A stretch of 63,298 nt of DNA from Octopus bimaculoides (lineage: Eukaryota). The notes under the pieces are model-generated. The model worked only from the letters and a program-made list of their open reading frames with translations. It was not told where the DNA came from and searched no databases. The position numbers were made by a program, and so were the translations under genes. The stretch spans positions 26,747,598 to 26,810,895 of the forward strand of contig NC_068997.1 in assembly GCF_001194135.2 (NCBI RefSeq), read 5' to 3'. Shown piece by piece: positions 37,788-49,805 of the stretch; the stretch's first letter is position 1; each line of letters starts with the position of its first letter.

Positions 37788-37983
37788 AACTTCCTGTCAG
37801 TTCTCCGTTGCTACATGCTGTTCTGAAGAATCTGGAACAATGGGAGGAAGTGTTACATAGCAAGCTAGAATTGTTCTCTGGGCCACCAGACAATTACATT
37901 CCTCACTTGATCCTGGATGTTGAAACAGGAATACCTCACACAAAATATGAGGCTTTACTCAAACCTCATAACTCACCCTTCAT
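37788..37983 (+). CDS. DMXL2: DMXL exon (phase 1-2)
   Basis: tcttgcag / AT-gtaaga; ELPVSSPLLHAVLKNLEQWEE...GPPDNYI...NSPF. Confidence 0.95.
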
Positions 37984-38538
37984 GTAAGATAGTTTCTAAA
38001 CTCACTGTATTTTATATATAGATGCATGTGTATTAAGTGCAAGGTGCAGGCGCAATGGCCCAGTGGTTAGGGCAGCAAATTTTGTTGTCTCTAGGGAGTG
38101 TCATCGTGCCAATATAATTAACATACTGGTTCAATTCCACTCATTTATTAAATATCTGGGGTTTTTTTATTTGTTTTTTTTTTTGACAAAGCTCTGCTTG
38201 CTGAGAAGGTTGCAAAAAAGCAATGAAAGGGCTTTGACAAAAAATAGCAGATATTTAATAAATGAGTGGAATTGAACCAGTGTGTATGTTAATTATATTG
38301 GCATGATGACTCTCTCTAGACACAACAAAATTTACTCCTTAGTTACATGTGTTTCAATACTATATGGTAGGTGTTTTGTGTTACAACATACTGCTTGTGA
38401 TCATTGTACACCATATCATATAAGCTTAAATTAAGATTCTCCATTGACCACGTCATCGCTTATGTTTACTATTCATTATGTTTACCATACTTCCATCTCC
38501 ATCTCACATGTTGCGTCATCTCTGCTTTATATTTTCAG

Positions 38539-38659
38539 AAACCACCACTCAACCTTACCCTTGAAACGTCTCTGGTTTCTCATTGTCAAAGAAGAATACC
38601 TGAAGGATGTGTTTATTCGCTACATCTTCCGGAAGAAAAGGTTTCTTGAAGATACTGAG
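38539..38659 (+). CDS. DMXL2: DMXL exon (phase 2-0)
   Basis: attttcag / GAG-gtgagt; LPLKRLWFLIVKEEYLKDVFIRYIFRKKR. Confidence 0.95.
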
Positions 38660-38723
38660 GTGAGTATTTCTTGTCAGTGCTGGAATTGCTCTAACTTTCC
38701 TCTTCTCTCTTATGTGTGTGTGC

Positions 38724-38770
<47 letters not shown>

Positions 38771-39093
38771 TCTATATATATAGTTCAAATTTACAGAAAA
38801 CAAAAGGTGAAGACATGTGTAGGAATAACAAGCTAGCAATGGTTATAACTGAGAATCACAATCACATAAGAAGTGTCATTCATTTCTAGTCTGCTATCAT
38901 TGAAACATGTTCGTCCTGGCCATGAGGGAAGCACTACTCTGCATGGAAACGTGTGAAAGTTGGTGACAGGAAAGGCAACCAGCTGAGGAAAATTTACCAC
39001 AATAAATTCCCATCTGACCCATGCAAGCATGGAAAAGTCAATATTAAAACAATGACAGGAACAACAATGATGATGATGATGACAAACAAGCAT

Positions 39094-39151
<58 letters not shown>

Positions 39152-39219
39152 ACAAACACTTATGCACACTCATACAGATGGATTTCAAGAGCTTTTCTTT
39201 TTCTTTATTTCTATTTCAG

Positions 39220-39324
39220 ATAACACTAAACTCAGGAGACAGCGAAAACTCTGAGAAGAGTTCATCTTTGATGAAAGTTATTCACAAAGAACAAGATATC
39301 ATTACAGCATTCGCTATAAATCAG
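39220..39324 (+). CDS. DMXL2: DMXL exon (phase 0-0)
   Basis: tatttcag / CAG-gtcagt; ...MKVIHKEQDIITAFAINQ. Confidence 0.94.
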
Positions 39325-39776
39325 GTCAGTTTCTCTTCTCACATGTTTTTCTTACCTATCACTCTATAACTTCTATTTTGTAAGATGCTTGTACATAAAT
39401 ATCACACAAGTTACATATCACGCACTACAATGTTACCGGGTTTCAGACTCCTGCTGAACTTAGACTGGCTCTATCTGAACATTCAATGTCATTGTTAAAA
39501 TAAATAGTCCCATCATCAAAATCTTGAAGCTATGAGATAATACGTTTATTTATTCAAAACAATATGAATAATTAAGCATTACATGATTTACAGCCTACAT
39601 GATTTGAGAACAGGATGGTTGTCCTTACCCTAAAGTTTACGACTTGATTAGGAGTGTAGTGGTTGGGTGGTGGACCTGATATGGAGGGTAGTGAAGCAGC
39701 ACCTGGGTAGAAATGTATCCATCGTCTGTGTATGAAATAAAGTCATGTATATATGTGTGTATATCCTCTATTTCAG

Positions 39777-39901
39777 GCCAATCCCAACTGTTTGGCATTG
39801 TCTACTCAGAAGGAAATTGTGGAATTAGATATTGGTGCCTTACTAAATCCGCCAGCCTGGTTAGGTGATGAGAATGAGTACGACATTGAGACCTTGATCA
39901 A
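39777..39901 (+). CDS. DMXL2: DMXL exon (phase 0-2)
   Basis: tatttcag / AA-gtaagt; ANPNCLALSTQKEIVELDIGALLNPPAWL. Confidence 0.93.
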
Positions 39902-40125
39902 GTAAGTTACTCCTTCTTCTTCATTCAGCTTTTATATAACTAACTTACTAATTAAGATCTATAACAATAGGTGTAGGTGTAGCTGTGTGGTTAAGAAGTT
40001 TGCTTCCCAACCACATGGTTTAGTTCGATTTCGATTTCACAATCTGTTTTATAATCAGAAGTAAGCTAACAACTGTCTTTTCCTGCACATTATCATTGTT
40101 ATGTGTGTTTTACTTTATTTTACAG

Positions 40126-40294
40126 TACGACTGCTTATGGATACGATGAATCTGACTTCGTTTTGGTTCAGACGCCGTTCGACCAGCTTCCCAATACCGC
40201 TGTATCCACTCCTGGCACACCAATGTCTTATAACTCGGCCAACACTGCAATACCAAACATACAACAATACAACTCAACTAATCGGGCTAATGTT
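40126..40294 (+). CDS. DMXL2: DMXL exon (phase 2-0)
   Basis: attttacag / GTT-gtaagt; TTAYGYDESDFVLVQTP...STNRANV. Confidence 0.88.
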
Positions 40295-41094
40295 GTAAGT
40301 AAAATCACCTTTTCTTTTTTATTTCAATAACATTATCCTAACTCCTATATGATTTTTCTTTGTTGTTTGTTTTTTAAAACTTTTTTTTTTAAATGTTTTA
40401 AATTCTTCTTAAAAAGTATCTGACATCCATATATTCATTATAGGTGTTGTGTCTGAGAATTTTTCATTTTTGTGAGATTAATATATCTTAACCCTTTTAA
40501 TTAATATATTTTAACCCTAAATGCAATAATACATTAACATTGTTTGTTTTTGTAATTAATTTTATAAATAAATCCTTACTGAGCCATTAAATGGAAGTAA
40601 ACATAACAAAAGGTTCCTACATAATACCATAATAGACTGTTTTTATTTCAATATGGACATTCTCAAATAAGTTTTTTGATAGATTTAGATGGGGCATCTG
40701 GTGGATTAGCATCATAGAACCTGAGGTGGTCTAGGTTGGGTGGGCATTGTAGAACCCGGGGTAGTCTCCAGTTGACTGATATCAAAAGTATTAATATAAC
40801 TGAATCTCCCCTCTCTATGCTAACCCCTCAACTATAAATATAAAATATTAATAATGTGTGTGTGTGTGTGTGTGTGCATGCATTTTTATTGCAAGTTGGC
40901 AGAATCATTAGAGCTTTGGACAAAATGTTTCACAGTGATTGTTCAGTCTCTTTATGTTCTGAATTCAAATCCCACTGAGGTCTGCCTTTACCTTTCATCC
41001 TTTCAAGTTCAACACTATTAACTAAGACTCTCTCCTGAAATTTATGAGCCTTGTGCCTGAATGAGAAACTTTGTTGTTTATTATAATTATTTTA

Positions 41095-41225
41095 TGGAAC
41101 TTGTGAAAGAGGAAGACATGGGACAAATTAGTGAAGGATGCTCTCGGGACTTTGAATCTTATGTAGGAGATGACAAAGAACCTGGACTCCTGGCAATATG
41201 CAGTACTTGAGAAGACATGTCCATC
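41095..41225 (+). mobile_element. Decayed 3' end of an RTE-like LINE ORF2
   Basis: ..KTWDKLVKDALGTLNLM*EMTKNLDSWQYAVLEKT resembles RTE C-terminal motifs. Confidence 0.55.
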
Positions 41226-42336
41226 TTGGTGAAACAGAGGTTCTGGGAGCATAATATGAATATACACAGCTGGGCCCCTCATCCACCTCCAACTGTAGTC
41301 TTCTGCCACTGTAATTAAATGAGGCAGAACGGTATATTTTAACATCTTTTCTGTGATACCATTTATCTTTCTCACTACCCAGAACCACTTCACTTAACAT
41401 CCATCCTACATCCTTGACATTGTCCCTCTTCACTCACATTTTACATTGACACCAACAAATTATCCCTCCCTCTTCATTGAATCACCTCCTGTCAACTTGT
41501 TTCTGTCACTGTATATCTCTCGCTTTTACCACACACTCTATCTCTCCAATCACACTCTTACAGCTTACCCATCAACGCATCTTCTCCCTTTCTCTCATCC
41601 TTCCCCTGTTTACTGTATCACCACTCTTCTGCTCTTCACCCAATCAGCACCTATTTTCCATTCCGTGACCTTCCCTGTAACTCCTGTGTATCATTGATCA
41701 TCCCCTTTGCTATTCATCTCTTGTTCATCTCTCTTCCCTAGTCCATATCTAATCATTATCTACTTTCCCTAACCTTCCATCTGAGTCATATTTATCATCC
41801 TCTCCCTCAACCCTTGTTCATCATTCAGTAAATTCACACCTTTACCCTATCTATAGCCAATCTTCACATTCTTCATAATCTCTTGCAGCCTCTACCCATC
41901 CTCCTTCTTCTGTCTCCAGAGCCAACCCTGACAGTTTGTTCCCAGCTTGTTCTTTTCTATCTTTCAAGCTCCACCTTTAATACTCTCGCCCATTCTTATA
42001 TGATACAAGGTAGCAGTATATTTCCTCAACAACATGAAACCTTTTCTGGCTCCTTCTCTCATACGTTAACCCCTTATCCCACAACATAGAGCTGCTTCCC
42101 TCTCTACTAAAGCTCCACTTCAGTTGAAGAGGAACTTAGTCTTGCGAGCTACTTGGTGACCGCACTAGTACTGGTGTCATGGAAAATGCATCCCGTGTGC
42201 ATTGTACAGTGGTTGATATTAAGAACAGCATCCAGCCTTAGAACTCATTCCACAGCAGATTTTAGAGTACAATGTAGTTTCATGACCAGTTGACCTGTGA
42301 AACTATGCAATTCATGCCAACATGAAAGCTGAGATG

Positions 42337-42374
<38 letters not shown>

Positions 42375-42606
42375 CCTAACTGGCCTTCGTGCCGGTGACA
42401 CATAAAAGCACCCACTACACTCTCGGAGTGGTTGGTGTTNNNNNNNNNNNNNNNNNNNNNNNNNNNNNNNNNNNNNNNNNNNNNNNNNNNNCTGCCAAAT
42501 CAGATTGGAGCCTGGTTTGGCCATCTGGTTCGCCAGTCCTCAGTCAAATCGTCCAACCCATGCTAGCATGGAAAGCGGACATTAAACAATGATGATGATA
42601 TATGTA

Positions 42607-42650
<44 letters not shown>

Positions 42651-42950
42651 TAAATTTCCAAATTAGGTTGGTAGAGATATACAATCCTAGCAGGTTAATA
42701 ATGCTAGCTAACCTCTGTGAGTGTAGAAAAACTCCAGTTAGTTTATTTTACTATCCTCAGTAGATCTTCACAGCAGTAACTCCACATGTCTCTATAGAGA
42801 CTGCATGTTGTCAGCAGAGAAGGAATAGTAAATCAATGATAATGTGAGCAGAGATTTATATATCCAGTTTTATGGATGCAGGTGCAGAAATGGAAAGACA
42901 TGATTGACTGCAAAATAAAACTAGATATATAAATCTGTTCTCCTTATTAT

Positions 42951-42989
<39 letters not shown>

Positions 42990-43324
42990 TATACATGTAT
43001 ACTTAAGTCTAGTACTTATTCTATTGGTGTCTTATGCCAAATCACGTAAGTCACAAGAACATAAGCCAGTGCAGGTTGTCAAACTGTGGTAGGGGACAAA
43101 CACAAAGACACACTTATATGTATGTGTGTGTGTATGTACACATTAGGCTTCTTTTAGTTTCTGTCTACCAAATCCACCCACAAGGCTTAGATTGGCCCTA
43201 GACTATAATGGAAGACACTTGCTCAAGGTGCCATGCAGTGGGCCTTAAACTGGAACCATGTGGTTGGGAGGAAAACTTCTTACCATACAGCCACTCATGC
43301 ACATGAACACACACACACACACAT

Positions 43325-43543
43325 ATAGTAATAATTGGTGAAGGAAACAAAAGATAGGTTTAATACTAGTCTTTATTAGTACAATGATCGTTTCAACTCA
43401 TCCTGCAACTGTCCATTATCAGTAGGATTCTGCACAAAATCCTACCCATAAGGGACAGTTGCAGGATGAGTCAAAATGACCATTGTACTGATGAAAGACT
43501 AGTGCCAAATCTATCTTCTATTTCTTTCATCAATTATTACTAT
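43325..43543. repeat. 219-bp fold-back inverted repeat (MITE or inverted Penelope end)
   Basis: Arms of about 105 bp, roughly 85% identical by eye, 8-nt loop at 43430-43437, TA at both outer ends. Confidence 0.85.
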
Positions 43544-43678
43544 TTAAACTAATACTACAGAATTCCTGAAGTAGATCCAGCAGAAATATGCACCAACCAT
43601 GGATGTCACCAGGTAGCCCAAACCGTGAAGTGAAGGTGCTTTACTCAACACACTAACTGACCCATTAATTAAAAAAAT

Positions 43679-43724
<46 letters not shown>

Positions 43725-44086
43725 CAAGAGTGTTAGAGGTTGTGAATCCAACCAACCAAGGGATAATATCTATCCAATACACTGCTGGTAGAATACCCAA
43801 TTATTGATATTGTATACTAGCCACAACTCTTTATACTGTGGTCCCAACAGTATATATTGTAACTACAATACAATATCCTCAACCTACAAAGTCGAGATTG
43901 TAATCCTTGTATTTCTTTTTCTATCCTCTCTCCCTCCTTCTCCTTCACCCACCCTAATTGTACACCATCTGTGAAATATTGATTTATATGACAAGAATTA
44001 ACTATTGATTTCTATGATGATGATTATCTACATGCACCTGTTTACTCAGAATAGCAAATAGGTCACAAGGTGTTGGATTACAAAGT

Positions 44087-44126
<40 letters not shown>

Positions 44127-44185
44127 ACACATTCTCTGACTGATGTGTGCATAACATTGTAGTGTATGTATGTGTGTGTGCATGT

Positions 44186-44343
44186 GTTTGATCCGGCTCC
44201 AGGCGACTTGAAGTTTTACAGGCTTCTAACAGAAATTCAGCTCATTTAGATTACTGAATCTGATTTTGGTAATCTGAGCCTAAACAAGCTAGGCTTCTCT
44301 TAGAAGCCTGCAAAACTTTAAATCTCATGGAGCCAGATCAAAC
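44186..44343. repeat. 158-bp fold-back inverted repeat
   Basis: GTTTGATCCGGCTCCA...GGCTTCTAA paired with TTAGAAGCC...TGGAGCCAGATCAAAC. Confidence 0.8.
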
Positions 44344-44350
44344 TGTTTTA

Positions 44351-44389
<39 letters not shown>

Positions 44390-45164
44390 TCCTACTAAAT
44401 GTGTTGAGTGCTTTTTTTATTTCTTCTATCCACTCATTCATATATGTATATGTGTGTGCATACATACATACATACATACATATAGAGGGAGAGAGTTGGC
44501 CAGAAGTCACCTGACAGTAAATCAAAACCATTTAATTCCAAGATTAAAACAAAAGATTCTTTTATATGAGACTTCGCTAATAAATAGACAAATGTTGAAA
44601 AAAAAAACAGTGATTTTAATTCACAGTATTCAATTATTAAACATTCATAATTGGAATGAATAAATAAAGTTGAATATTAAGTACTTAGGAAATTTTGATT
44701 AATGTCAGGTGATTTTTAGCCAACACTGTGTGTGTGTGTGTGTGTGTGTGTNNNNNNNNNNNNNNNNNNNNNNNNNNNNNNNNNNNNNNNNNNNNNNNNN
44801 NNNNNNNNNNNNNNNNNNNNNNNNNNNNNNNNNNNNNNNNNNNNNNNNNNNNNNNNNNNNNNNNNNNNNNNNNNNNNNNNNNNNNNNNNNNNNNNNNNNN
44901 NNNNNNNNNNNNNNNNNNNNNNNNNNNNNNNNNNNNNNNNNNNNNNNNNNNNNNNNNNNNNNNNNNNNNNNNNNNNNNNNNNNNNNNNNNNNNNNNNNNN
45001 NNNNNNNNNNNNNNNNNNNNNNNNNNNNNNNNGTGTCAGTAGAGAAAGGGACCGATGCACAATAGGTTGAAATGGTCAAACTGATTAAAAAAAATTATCT
45101 CTTGAATTCTGTTTTCTTGCTTGGAACATTGAAAATCGAACAGATGGGCTAAAACACATTCGGA

Positions 45165-45383
45165 TGTTTTGTCATGTTTCTTCCTGCTCTTCTGATTCTG
45201 CATTCAAATACTGCTGAGGTCAACTCTACCTTGCATCTTTTCAAGACTGATAACATAAGTACCAGTCAAATACTGGATTTGACTGGTACTTATGTTATCA
45301 GTCTTGAAAAGATGCAAGGTAGAGTTGACCTCAGCAGTATTTGAATGCAGAATCAGAAGAGCAGGAAGACACATGACAAAACA
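45165..45383. repeat. Near-perfect palindrome (107-bp arms, 5-nt loop) derived from a SINE family B copy
   Basis: 45165-45271 is the reverse complement of 45277-45383 with one mismatch (45178/45370); loop ACTGG. Confidence 0.95.
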
Positions 45384-45906
45384 AGATGTCTGATATGCTA
45401 ACAATTCTGCTAGCTCAATAATGAATGGCATCAAATTGTGGTACAAGTCCAGTAATTTCAAAGGAAGATGGGAGTTAGCCTATTACATCGACATCAGTGA
45501 TTTTATTTCTGGGGTTGATAAAATCAACTATCCCTGCTCACCCAAAATTTCAGGCCTTGTGCCTATATTAGAAAGAATTATTATCATTATAATGTAAGAA
45601 TGCATGGCCCAGTGCTTAGGGTTTTGCACTCACAATTGTGAGAATGTGGTTTCAGTTCCTAGACTAGGTGGTGTGTTGTGTTCTTGAGGAAAAACACTTC
45701 ACCTCACATTGTTCTACGATCACTCTGACACCAGGTACATGGTACACAATGCACCTGTTCAGCAACATTGATTTGATAGAGGAAGTGAGCTACTCTACAG
45801 TACATACATTTGATCATTATAAAAGAATCCTTTGCTGTACAGGTTGTTCAGCAAAAAGCTGAACATTCATACATTGTCTTTGACAGGAAAGTCCATCATT
45901 ATTATA

Positions 45907-45943
<37 letters not shown>

Positions 45944-47104
45944 GACTGGAGCCTGGTGTTGCCATCCGGTTTCACCAGTCCTCAGTCAAATCGTCCAACC
46001 CATGCTAGCATGGAAAGCGGACGTTAAACGATGATGATGATGATGATGATGATAAGGTGGCAAGCTGACATGATCAACTTCTGCCAAGGTCGACTTTGCC
46101 TTTCATCCTTTTGGGGTCGATTAAATAAGTACCAGTTACGCACTGGGGTTGATATAATCGACTTAATCCGTTTGTCCCTCCTTGTTTGTCCCCTCTGTGT
46201 GTAGCCCCTTGTGGGTAGTAAAGAAATAAGAATCATTAGCATGTCAGGTTAGTGGCATTTCTTCTGTCTTTACAGTCTGAGTTCAAATTCCACTAAAGTC
46301 AACTTTCCCTTTCATCCTTTAGAGGTCAATGAAATAAGTACCAGTTACATATTGGGATTGATATAATCAACTAACCCCCACCCCAAAATTTCAGACCTTG
46401 TGCTTTTAGAAAAAAATATTTTTATTTTTTTAAAGGCAGCAAGCTGGCAGAATCATTAGCATACCGGACAAAATGCTTAGCAGCATTTTGTCCAACTTTA
46501 CATTCTGAGTTCCATGAAGTTGACTTTGCTTTTATCATCCTTTCGGGATCAATAATATAAGTATCAGCTGGGATCAGTGTAATCGACTAAACCCGTCCAC
46601 CCCAAATTTCAGGTCTTGTACCTTCAGTGGGAAGAATTATTCATCCAATTTCTTTTAAGTAGTTAATAACAAATCCTTTATTTATTTTATTATTTCAGAA
46701 AATCCCTTCCAGCTGTCACTCTTTCAATAGTCAGTCATTACTCTGTTTAGTTACACCCACAACTTGTCTTGTAAACATACTGCCAGTGTATGAGAGAGAG
46801 AGACACGTATATAATTTTGATTGCCATATCTTTACATTATACAGACAGAGATAGTGGGGGAGAGATATAGTTATTGATAGGCAGAAAGATAAAACTACGC
46901 ACTTTTAACTTATAATTTTGTTCATAGCTAGGCATATGTTTATCTATTGACTTCAGCACCTTAACTGGTCATTTGATCTCTTTCTCACTTTGATCCTGAC
47001 ATAAAGCTATTTCTTATCATTTGTATTGATTATTTAAAATGTCTACTACTTTTTTTGTTACTATTATTTTTTTCCCCTGAATTCATATCATCTGTTGCCG
47101 TACT

Positions 47105-47314
47105 GCCTGACTGGCCTTCATGCAGGTGGCACGTAAAAGCACCCACTACACTCTTGGAGTGGTTGGCGTCAGGAAGGACATCCAGCTGTAGAAACTCTGC
47201 TAAATCAGATTGGAGCCTGGTGTAGCCATCTGGTTCACCAGTCCTCAGTCAAATCGTCCAACCCACGCTAGCATGAAAAGCGGACGTTAAACGATGATGA
47301 TGATGATGATGATG
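47105..47314 (+). mobile_element. SINE family A copy
   Basis: GCACGTAAAAGCACCCACTACAC...GCGGACGTTAAACGATGATG; similar + copies at 42375-42600, 45945-46052, 49070-49235 and 61835-62010. Confidence 0.85.
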
Positions 47315-47500
47315 TAATAACTACCTTGTTAGTGGTTAAAACAAAATCAAAAAGTGACAGTAAAGCACTTGACAAATCTTTGCTTTCTTTTCTATAGTGT
47401 TTTTCTCAGGGACAACAGTGCTGTGGGGTGTCTTTTCCATCTACCAACAACCTTGCTAAGTTATGCTCTGATAGGGTCATATATATAAATATGTGTGTGT

Positions 47501-47548
<48 letters not shown>

Positions 47549-47751
47549 ATGAAACTCAAGTCACAAGACAAACTCTCAACTTAAAAAAAAAACTGTCCTC
47601 TGCAACTTGTATTGAGCACACCTTTCTCATTTGTTCCGCATTAATAATGTACATATATATTATATCATGCTAGCATGGAGGGCGGACGTTAAATGATGAT
47701 GATGATGATATATATATATATATATATATACACCTTTTTCNNNNNNNNNNG

Positions 47752-47783
<32 letters not shown>

Positions 47784-48492
47784 CTTTTTCACTTTTTACC
47801 TGTTTCAGTCATTAGACTTATTTTTTTAAGCCTGGTATTTATTCAATTGGCCTCTTTTGCCAAATCACTTAGTTACAGGGATGCAAACACACCAAAACCT
47901 GTTGTCAAGCAGCGTGGGGTGGGGAGGACAAACACGCACATGCATATATATATGACAGGCTTCTTTCAGTTTCCATCTGCCAAATCCACTCACAAGGCCT
48001 TGGTCGGTCTGAGGCTGTAATAGAAGGCACTCAAGTCAAGTGTGACTGAATCCAGAACCATGTGGTTGGAAAGCATGCTTCTTACCACACAGCTACGCGT
48101 GTGTGTAGATGTGTGTGTGTGTGTGTATGTATATAGTTTCCAGTTCTTTTAATTACATTGAAGCCCTAACTCTTGTCGGAAGAATTTAGAAATATTTATC
48201 CACACAACGGAACTAACCAGGAAATAGTTTTCTGTAATATTTCCCCTCTATGCTCATTTCACAGTACACTCTGCCACTATGATAACATTTTACTGGGATG
48301 GGATTCTTAGATTTAAATAACTTCCATTTGGTTTTAAGAGGTTTTTTCTTTTTTTTTTTTTTCAAGGTTTTAGTCAGTCTCTATAATGTCTAAGGAAATA
48401 CATTACCCATATGTTTCATTCAATTGATTTTGATAGTAATTTAAATTGGAGTGGATTTTGGAAAATAACTAGCTTTTGCATTCGTTGGTCTG

Positions 48493-48840
48493 TTAAGATG
48501 GTGCTTGGAACAAAAGCGAAATATATATTAGTATATTAAGATGTTTGTATTAGGAATATAGCAAAATGTAAATTGGTAAACAAAAATAGTATTTGATACA
48601 TAAAAATGACAACTGTATATTGGTATACTATGATGGTGTTTGGTACATAAAAATGAGAAGTATATATTAGTATGTTAAGATAGTGCTTGTTATATAACAA
48701 AATATAAGTATATATATTGGGATATCAATATGGTGTTTGAAACATAACAAAAAACAAATGTATATTTGTATATTAAGACGTTTGGAATGAAACAAAAGAT
48801 AAATATACATTGATGTCTTAAGATGGTGTTTGAATACAAA
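48493..48840. repeat. Degenerate tandem repeat, about 45-bp unit
   Basis: Recurring TTAAGATGGTGTTTG..ACATAA.AAAA..TATATATT.GTATA. Confidence 0.65.
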
Positions 48841-49721
48841 TCTCAAATATATACATTTGAGGACAAACTCTTGTTAAATCATTTGAAATTTAAGGAGGGT
48901 GTGTGTGTGTTTCTCAAAAAAATTTGTCTCTGTTTTCATAATCCTTCTCTTTCACCTAACCACAAAGTATATTTCCAAGACTTGAATGGTTTAATTATAA
49001 TTCTCAAGTTTTAATTAACATTACCTATGTATTTGATACATATATGATACAAAAACCACATGAAAGTACAAATCCACTCTGTGGGGTGGTTTGTGTTAGG
49101 AAGGACATCCAACTGCAAAAAAAAAAAAAATGCCAAGACAGTAACAGTAGCCTAGTGTAGTCTTCTCCTTGGCCGGCTCCTGTCAAACTGTCCAACCCAT
49201 ACCAGCATGAAAAGTGGCTGTTAAACGATGATGATGGAACATTGCTACGGCCATCACAACAATAATAATCCTTTCATTTATTTTCCACAAGAGCCCACAC
49301 GTTCTTACAAAACGTGTGTATGTGTTACAGAGAGGATATGTGGAGGGGATGTACACACACATATATATATATATATATATATGTATAAAAATGGAAAAAC
49401 TTGATTAAAAAAAGAAAAGAAAGAACTACTCAAACAGTAAAGAAGGTGCTGTTTTTGTTACAAGTTTTCCACACCCTTAAAAAAAAGTCCCCTTCCTTCA
49501 AAAATAACCCCTCCATCAAAACCTTTATTTAACTAAAACCACCTTTATTGAATGTTCTATATTTGACCTGTTCATCATGACCTGATCTGGTTGTCTTTTC
49601 TCTCTTTTTTTTTTCTCTTCTCCCCCCTCTCTTTCTTTCTACCTTTCTTTCTTTCTTTCTTTGCTGCCGTTGCCACTGCTTGGCTGGATAAAAAAAAAAA
49701 AATTGGTAAATTTCTCTACAG

Positions 49722-49805
49722 ATCAAAGGAATTAATCTGTCAGGGCTTGGAACCCCCCAGTTCTGTCAGTTTGTCCGCGATAGAAGTAGACGCTTGCTAC
49801 AGTCG
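49722..49805 (+). CDS. DMXL2: Candidate alternative cassette exon of DMXL (84 nt, phase 0-0)
   Basis: tttctctacag / TCG-gtaaga, long upstream pyrimidine tract; IKGINLSGLGTPQFCQFVRDRSRRLLQS with no stop. Confidence 0.7.

Noticed and set aside
41290-42110. Pyrimidine-rich 800-bp block with several short ORFs as a nested gene
   Set aside because: No coherent frame or motif on either strand; most likely a decayed repeat I cannot classify.
43561-43612. AG...GT-bounded 52-nt segment in the big intron (also acceptors at 52141 and about 55966)
   Set aside because: In-frame stop within three codons in phase 0 and no other support.
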